Shown: piece by piece, positions 57,988 through 64,000 of the stretch
How the letters are laid out: each line of letters opens with the position of its first letter
Numbering within the stretch: the first letter of the stretch is position 1
Origin: Trueperaceae bacterium
GTDB lineage: Bacteria; Deinococcota; Deinococci; Deinococcales; Trueperaceae
Assembly (NCBI GenBank): GCA_965215565.1
Contig: CBDCDZ010000004.1
Location: forward strand, 3,264,001 to 3,328,000
DNA: 64,000 nt
Direction: 5' to 3'
Translations under genes and position numbers: made by a program
Notes under the pieces: generated by a model
The model's input: the letters and a program-made list of their open reading frames with translations, nothing else
The model's database searches: none
Told to the model about the DNA's origin: nothing

Positions 57988-59895
57988 TTATCCCGGCTTA
58001 GGCATCATGCCAGGAGGTAACAGCGGTCCTTTCGAGGGCTTATCAGATTTAGGCGCGGGGGTGTGGGCGGGCGCGTCTTTTGCGAGCATGTCGCCGCTGT
58101 CCAAAGGCGGCAGCGTCTCGCCGCGCATGAGCATCGCGAACTCATCCGCGTGGAGCGTCTCGCGCTCTAGAAGTACCTCGACGATCGTCTCTAAGACCTC
58201 GCGCTGCTCCTCTAACATGTCGATGATACGGCTGTACTGCGCGTCGATGATCGACTTGACCTCGGTGTCGATAACTTTAGCGGTCTCTTCGCTGTAGGTG
58301 CGCGCGCCCTCCATCTCACCTAAATAGGAGTCGCTCGAGCTTGAGAGTGCAATCTTACCGAGCACGTCGCTCATGCCCCAGCGCGTCACCATCCGCATGG
58401 CGATGTCCGTCGCTTGCTGAAAGTCGTTCTGCGCCCCTGTCGTAACATCTTGAAAGATGATCTCTTCGGTAGCGCGCCCTGCTAACGCCACGCCGATGCG
58501 GTCTAAAAGCGCTAAACGCGTGACCGATACGCGGTCCTCATCGGGAAACTGCATGACGTAACCGAGCGCACGTCCGCGCGGCACGATAGTGATCTTGTGA
58601 ACCGGGTCGGCGCGTTCTAACATTTGCGCTGCCAATGCGTGCCCCGCCTCGTGGTACGCCGTGACCTTCTTCTCGCGGTCGCTGATGACGCGGCTGCGCC
58701 GCTCCGGTCCCATGACGACGCGGTCTGCTGCCTCGTCCAGGTCAGGGGACAAGATTTCTTTACGGCTCGCCCGCGCCGCAACCAAGGCGGCTTCGTTGAT
58801 GAGGTTCTCCAAATCTGCGCCTACAAAGCCGGGCGTACGTCTGGCAACCGTTTTGAGGTCGACGTTCTTAGCAAGAGGTTTGCCCCGCGCGTGGATGCGC
58901 AAAATTGCCTCGCGTCCCTTGACGTCGGGCGCGTCCACAACGACTTGCCTGTCGAAGCGTCCGGGGCGCAAGAGCGCCGGGTCCAGTACGTCGGGGCGGT
59001 TCGTCGCCGCGATGATGATGATGTCGTGCTTCGATTCGAAACCGTCCATCTCGACAAGAAGTGCGTTTAGAGTTTGCTCGCGCTCGTCGTTACCACCGTT
59101 CACGTTCATGCCGCGCCGACGTCCCACCGCGTCGATCTCGTCGATAAACACGATGCAAGGCGCGTTCTTCTTCGCGTTTTCGAAGAGGTCGCGCACGCGC
59201 GCCGCACCGACGCCTACAAACATTTCTACAAAGTCCGAGCCGGAGATGCTGAAAAAGGGCACTTTCGCCTCGCCCGCCACGGCTTTCGCGAGGTGCGTCT
59301 TACCTGAGCCTGGCGGTCCAACCATCAGCACGCCGTGGGGAATGCGCGCGCCTAATGCGTGAAACTTGCTGGGATTCTTGAGAAATTCCACCACTTCGAA
59401 GAGGTCGTTTTTCGCCTCCTCGACACCCGCGACATCCTTGAAGAGCGTCTGCGAGTTCTCCTCGGTGATCATGCGGGCTTTGGATTTGCCGAACTGCATC
59501 GCGCCGTCGCCGCCGCCGCGCATCCCGCGCATCAAGTACCATAAAAAGCCGATCATGAGTAAAATTGGCAAGAGAGTGATCAGAATGCCGCCCCAGTTGT
59601 TGCCCGGAGGTGCGACATCGACTTGGATGCCTTGGTCGCTAAAGCGCTCTAACGCCTCCGTTGTCAGCGGCGCTGAGATATTGGTGACGTACTCTTCGTC
59701 ACCGCGCGTGGTGACGACGATCTCGTTTTCCTTCACTAAAATTTCTCTAACCGCGTTATTGGTTACTTGGTCTCTAAAATAGCTATAAGGCTGGGTGTCA
59801 CCGCTATTTCTGGCATTATTTTGCGAGGCGACAAAAATGACGAGTCCTAAGACAGCGGCGGCAATGAGCAAGCTGCGTACTGGAAATTTCCCCAT
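57988..59895 (-). CDS. ftsH: ATP-dependent zinc metalloprotease FtsH
   Basis: Two [32 protein letters not shown]. Confidence 0.98.
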   Translation of the reverse strand: MGKFPVRSLLIAAAVLGLVIFVASQNNARNSGDTQPYSYFRDQVTNNAVREILVKENEIVVTTRGDEEYVTNISAPLTTEALERFSDQGIQVDVAPPGNNWGGILITLLPILLMIGFLWYLMRGMRGGGDGAMQFGKSKARMITEENSQTLFKDVAGVEEAKNDLFEVVEFLKNPSKFHALGARIPHGVLMVGPPGSGKTHLAKAVAGEAKVPFFSISGSDFVEMFVGVGAARVRDLFENAKKNAPCIVFIDEIDAVGRRRGMNVNGGNDEREQTLNALLVEMDGFESKHDIIIIAATNRPDVLDPALLRPGRFDRQVVVDAPDVKGREAILRIHARGKPLAKNVDLKTVARRTPGFVGADLENLINEAALVAARASRKEILSPDLDEAADRVVMGPERRSRVISDREKKVTAYHEAGHALAAQMLERADPVHKITIVPRGRALGYVMQFPDEDRVSVTRLALLDRIGVALAGRATEEIIFQDVTTGAQNDFQQATDIAMRMVTRWGMSDVLGKIALSSSSDSYLGEMEGARTYSEETAKVIDTEVKSIIDAQYSRIIDMLEEQREVLETIVEVLLERETLHADEFAMLMRGETLPPLDSGDMLAKDAPAHTPAPKSDKPSKGPLLPPGMMPKPG

Positions 59896-60077
59896 AGTCT
59901 AGTTTACTCCTTTGAGCCCGTGAGGGTGTGTAAGCGGATGCTATCTAGGACACTCTTCACAATGAGATAGGCGTTACGCTAGCGCCGCAGATAGGGTTAC
60001 GTCCATCCTAGTACGGCGCTAATGTGATGCGACGTACAGTTGAACATCGCACCGCTTTTGTGAAGCTGGCTGAACCC

Positions 60078-61412
60078 TCAAGGCGTCGCTTTAGCGAGGT
60101 CGTTAAAACGCACGTGCGCGTTGTGGAACTGAAGCTCGACTGTACCGACGGGTCCGTTGCGCTGCTTGCCGATGATGATTTCGGCGATGCCCTGCTTTTC
60201 GCTGTGCGGGTCGTAATATTCGTCGCGGTAGATGAACATGACCAAATCTGCGTCCTGCTCTATGGCTCCACTTTCGCGCAAATCCGAAAGCATAGGGCGT
60301 TTGTTCGGGCGGCTTTCGACCGCTCTGGAAAGCTGCGAGAGAACGATCACAGGAATATCGAGTTCTCGAGCTAAAAGTTTGAGCCCCCTCGAGATAGTAG
60401 AAATTTCTTGCTGCCGGTTCTCACCCAGCCCGCCGCGCCCGCTGCCGCTCATGAGCTGCAGGTAGTCGATGATGATGAGCCCCAAGTCGTGCTCCGCCAT
60501 GAGTCTGCGGGCGCGGCTGCGCAGCTCCATCACGGTCATATCGGCGGCGTCGTCGATAAAGATATTCGCCTCGGAAATTTTGCCCGCCGTATCCGCGAGC
60601 CGCTGAAAATCTCGCTCGGAGAGTTGACCATTGCGCACGCGGCTCATGTCTACACGCGCTTCGCTGCAGAGCATCCTTGTGACGAGTTGGACGGCAGACA
60701 TCTCGAGGTTGAAAATCCCCACCGTCTTGCCTTCGCGCAGGGCGACGTTTTGACCAATCGTTAAGGCGAAGGCCGTTTTTCCCATAGCTGGCCGCGCTGC
60801 CAACACATTGAGCGTGCTCGGCTGCAAGCCCGCCGTCAAAATATCGAGTTCCTTAAAGCCTGTGCGGAGGCCCGAAATCGGGTCGGGGTTGTTGAACAGC
60901 TCGTTGATGTAGTTGAAGGTATCCGTGACGAGTGTGCCCATGCCTTCAAAGGCGTGGGAGCGCTTGCTGCTGGATAACTCAAAGATACCCGCTTCAGCTT
61001 TGTCCAAAACTTGCTCGATGGGGAGTGCCTGGTCATAGGCGGTCTGCATAATCTTACCGCTCGCCGCGATGAGGTCGCGCAGCACCGCCTTTTCGGAGAC
61101 GATTTTCGCGTAGCTCTCGGCGTAAGCGGCAGTCGGCACTTCGTCCGCTAAGCCGATGAGGTACGGCACGCTGCCCACCGCCTCTAGCTCACCCGTCTGC
61201 CTAAGCTCCTCGGTGAGTGTGACTAAGTCCATCGGCTCGCTGCGGCGAAAAAGGCGCTCGCAGGCGCGGTAAATCTTGCGGTGACTCTCCTTATAAAAGT
61301 GCTCGGGGGTGATGGAGCCCTCGAGCGCCCCAAATACCTCGTTGTCGATGAGAATACTTCCTAGGACGCTCTTCTCGGCTTCTAAATTATGGGGGGCAGT
61401 GCGCATCTCCAC
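60078..61412 (-). CDS. dnaB: replicative DNA helicase
   Basis: ARPAMGKT, IDYLQLM, LSQLSR, DLRESGAIEQDAD, KQRNGP; no intein. Confidence 0.98.
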   Translation of the reverse strand: MEMRTAPHNLEAEKSVLGSILIDNEVFGALEGSITPEHFYKESHRKIYRACERLFRRSEPMDLVTLTEELRQTGELEAVGSVPYLIGLADEVPTAAYAESYAKIVSEKAVLRDLIAASGKIMQTAYDQALPIEQVLDKAEAGIFELSSSKRSHAFEGMGTLVTDTFNYINELFNNPDPISGLRTGFKELDILTAGLQPSTLNVLAARPAMGKTAFALTIGQNVALREGKTVGIFNLEMSAVQLVTRMLCSEARVDMSRVRNGQLSERDFQRLADTAGKISEANIFIDDAADMTVMELRSRARRLMAEHDLGLIIIDYLQLMSGSGRGGLGENRQQEISTISRGLKLLARELDIPVIVLSQLSRAVESRPNKRPMLSDLRESGAIEQDADLVMFIYRDEYYDPHSEKQGIAEIIIGKQRNGPVGTVELQFHNAHVRFNDLAKATP

Positions 61413-61567
61413 GATGAGGAATTGTAACCGGAAAGGGGTTTTGCATACGTGAGTATTCAGCTTGACTTGGAGGGGTGCGGTGTGGTGTCAGCCGCTGACC
61501 TCTTTGTGAAGATGCGTGTGTGACGGCGTTTCTAGCTTAGAGAGGTTATGTAACCTCTTGCGAATGG

Positions 61568-62047
61568 TTAAGGTTGGGGCTCGAGTTCAGGATTTTTGTA
61601 GAGCACCCGAAACCGCTCGCATTCCAAAAGCATCTCCTCGTGAAAAGGAACGCCATCCTCTTCAGCCCTGCGCGTAAAAAAGTCCCGGTGCGCCTCGCGC
61701 CAGTACGCCAAGCTCCGGTCTCCCTCCCCTTCATCGAAGGCGAACTGCGCGTCCACGTCGCAAAAGCGCCGCACGGTGATCTCGTGCGTTTCGCTGAGGC
61801 AAAGAGGTTGTCCGCTGCCATTAAGAACAATCCACAGGCCCGAATAGTCTAAGAGGTTTTCGCCGAGGTAGCGTCCGCACGTCGCCGTTTTAACGCCGTC
61901 AAAGACGAGCTTACCTAGTTCATCTGCCATCTCGGAACTGTCCCCGAACCCGCTAGCCTCGGGTAAGGGATGAAAATGGTGGATGTGACCCTTCGGAAGA
62001 GTCTCGAGATAAGACTGCCAAAACGCTTCTACTTTTGAGTCTGCCAT
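61568..62047 (-). CDS. ASCH domain protein
   Basis: FGD...ADEL..LV..G.KTAT, EGEGDRSLAYWR..H..FF. Confidence 0.9.
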   Translation of the reverse strand: MADSKVEAFWQSYLETLPKGHIHHFHPLPEASGFGDSSEMADELGKLVFDGVKTATCGRYLGENLLDYSGLWIVLNGSGQPLCLSETHEITVRRFCDVDAQFAFDEGEGDRSLAYWREAHRDFFTRRAEEDGVPFHEEMLLECERFRVLYKNPELEPQP

Positions 62048-62120
62048 AAGGTGAGTTTACTTGGTAGGTCCGAACTTCGAGCAGTACTCGCATATCTTTT
62101 CGGTGGAACAACGTCTTAGA

Positions 62121-62705
62121 CTAAGGCGTGCGCTCACGCGACCAGCGCCAAATACCTCTTTCGTCACGAACCGCCTCGCCCCGGTTCTCTTCAGAGTATC
62201 TGTGGGCAGCGAGTGACGCCTCCGTTGGACGGGGTTCGCGCTCAGCGTGAACGCTACCTGGAAAGGTCATACGGACGCAGGTGCAGGGGTAGCCGCGTTC
62301 GTTGCCGGGAAAGAAGGCGACGGGTCGAAAGCCAACCTTCTGGTAGAAGTTGAAGCCGTACGCGTTCTCTTCCGCGCAGAGGACAAAACCATCTGGTTCT
62401 AAGGAATCTCGCACGTGCTCAACGAGAGCGCTCGCTATCCCCTTGCGGTGATGGTCGGGATGAACGTACAGCCATGTGAGTTCATCGCCCTGCACGGCGA
62501 TGAAACCTAAAACCTCGCCGCGCTCATCCACCCCTACGAACACGTCACTTTCGAAGAAATTGCCGTCTATGTGGACGGCCTTTTCCATCGGTAGAGTGAC
62601 GTCATCGGGCGTGAAGGTTTCTACCTCGAGTAGCCGCGCCGCATCATGTACGCGGCAAACGCCTTCCCAATCTCTATCCTGATAGGAACGAACCGAGAAC
62701 TTCAT
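62121..62705 (-). CDS. GNAT acetyltransferase
   Basis: LYVHPDHHRKGIAS, N....FYQKVGF. Confidence 0.85.
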   Translation of the reverse strand: MKFSVRSYQDRDWEGVCRVHDAARLLEVETFTPDDVTLPMEKAVHIDGNFFESDVFVGVDERGEVLGFIAVQGDELTWLYVHPDHHRKGIASALVEHVRDSLEPDGFVLCAEENAYGFNFYQKVGFRPVAFFPGNERGYPCTCVRMTFPGSVHAEREPRPTEASLAAHRYSEENRGEAVRDERGIWRWSRERTP

Positions 62706-62727
62706 AACGGAGTCTAACCGAACGTGT

Positions 62728-63918
62728 CTAACTTCGTTGCCGGTGAATTTCCAACGCTCGGTCCAAAATGACGTCAGCGAGGTCTCGTTTGCTCATGAGG
62801 GGGAGTTCTTCCGCGCTTTCATCCGCTGTCACAATCGTGACCTTATTCGTCTCGCCGCCGAACGCGGTGTTTTCTTGGGTGGGGTAGTTGAGGCAGATGA
62901 ACTCGAGCTTTTTGCGCTTCGCCTTGTCCGCTGCACGTTCCACCCCTTGGTGCGTTTCCATCGCAAAGCCGATCATAATCTGCTGCGCTTTGCGTTTGGA
63001 CAAGGTCTCTAAAATATCGGGTGTCCGCTTTAACGACAAGGTTTGCTCTTCACCTGACTTCGCTTGTTTCTCGGTGGCGATGTCCGCCGCTCGCCAATTG
63101 GCGACGGCGGCGCTCATAATGAGCATAGAAGCGTCGCCAAAGTGGTTGGAAAGTGCCTCCAACATCTCTTCGGCGCTTCCGACTTCTAGCCGCTTTACCC
63201 CGTGAGGTTTGGCGAGCGACGTGGGGCCGCTCACGAGCGTCACCTGTGCGCCGCGCTCCGCGGCTGCACGCGCTAGCGCGTAGCCCATGCGCCCACTGCT
63301 CGGGTTGGAGATGAAGCGCACGGGGTCTAAGTATTCCCTCGTTGGCCCGGCAGAGACGAGAACGTGGTGTCCCTCGAGGTCACGCCTAAAGAGGTTGCCG
63401 AGCCGCGCCACAATCTCTTCGGGCTCCACCATCCGCCCGACGCCTTCCCCTTCGCCTTTCGCCGCGAGCTTTCCCTCGCTAGGACCGATGAAGTGGTGTC
63501 CGAATGTTTTCAGCGTTTCTACATTGCGCTTAACGGCTGGGTGTAGCCACATCTCTGTGTTCATCGCGGGAGCCCAAATGACTTCGGGCACGCCCGCGAG
63601 GATGAGCGCGGAGATGACGTCGTCACCTCGCCCTGTCGCGGCGCTCGCGAGCGCGTCGGCGGTGGCGGGCGCAACTAACAGGGCGTCCGCCCAGCGCGCC
63701 CACTCGATATGCCTCGCTTGACCATCGGGTGCGAACCACGCCTCGCGGTCGAAGACCTCGCCGCCCGCCGCCACTGCGAGCGAGAGTTTGGTAACGAAGT
63801 AGAGTGCGTCGTCCGTCGTCGCCACGCGGACTTCATGCCCCGCTTCTTGCAAATGGCGCAAGAGCGACGGGGTCTTGAGGGCGGCGACGCCACCCGAAGC
63901 GGCAACGATGAGGTTCAC
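62728..63918 (-). CDS. coaBC: phosphopantothenoylcysteine decarboxylase/ligase
   Basis: SGGVAALK, APATAD, PAMN..MW, AGPTREYLDPVRFISNPSSGRMG, GFAMET. Confidence 0.96.
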   Translation of the reverse strand: MNLIVAASGGVAALKTPSLLRHLQEAGHEVRVATTDDALYFVTKLSLAVAAGGEVFDREAWFAPDGQARHIEWARWADALLVAPATADALASAATGRGDDVISALILAGVPEVIWAPAMNTEMWLHPAVKRNVETLKTFGHHFIGPSEGKLAAKGEGEGVGRMVEPEEIVARLGNLFRRDLEGHHVLVSAGPTREYLDPVRFISNPSSGRMGYALARAAAERGAQVTLVSGPTSLAKPHGVKRLEVGSAEEMLEALSNHFGDASMLIMSAAVANWRAADIATEKQAKSGEEQTLSLKRTPDILETLSKRKAQQIMIGFAMETHQGVERAADKAKRKKLEFICLNYPTQENTAFGGETNKVTIVTADESAEELPLMSKRDLADVILDRALEIHRQRS

Positions 63919-63934
63919 GGGTTAAAGAGAAGCG

Positions 63935-64000
63935 TTACTCATCTTCGCCGTTGGCGCTCGAGACGCTGTACCCGCTCGTCTCCTCGCGCTGTTCACGCTC
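63935..64000 (-). CDS. 3' end of an upstream gene (possibly rpoZ by synteny)
   Basis: Frame ...EREQREETSGYSVSSANGEDE* ends just before coaBC; identity inferred only from the common rpoZ-coaBC order. Confidence 0.3.
   Translation of the reverse strand, partial: EREQREETSGYSVSSANGEDE

Noticed and set aside
16231..59362. Many long antisense or shadow ORFs, e.g. 16231-16944(-), 58661-59362(+), 7739-8394(+)
   Set aside because: They overlap well-supported genes and are expected in GC-rich DNA
1..64000. CRISPR array, cas genes, rRNA, integrase or prophage genes
   Set aside because: No regularly spaced repeat-spacer series or recognisable genes of these types; the Cas4-like PD-(D/E)XK domain belongs to the AddB-like protein

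Overview
GC-rich bacterial chromosomal segment, most likely Deinococcota (Truepera-like). This is inferred from the pilMNO(W)Q-aroC-aroK-aroB-aroQ gene order and from many leaderless genes with a TANNNT box 5-8 nt before the start codon. The backbone is housekeeping: lon, recX, holA, hisF, hisIE, glpX, trmB, ada, aro and pil genes, ftsH, dnaB, coaBC and four tRNAs (Met, Thr, Phe, Asp). Accessory content includes an AT-rich DUF262 + HEPN pair (candidate defence module), a minimal AddAB-like helicase/nuclease pair with a DUF262 gene stump upstream, an intact IS5-family element, decayed toxin/immunity remnants, REP/MITE-like repeats and two candidate sRNAs. The best candidate for an undescribed system is at 47.3-49.4 kb, where a cupin-HD-GYP (c-di-GMP phosphodiesterase) gene is followed by a c-di-GMP-II riboswitch. 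The riboswitch leads two paralogous 43- and 41-aa secreted peptide genes that are too short for the ORF track. Both have a signal peptide and the C-terminus PS[VT]QK[FY]RVN[CR], resembling Phr-type pheromone precursors. All family assignments come from motif recognition by eye, not from database searches.
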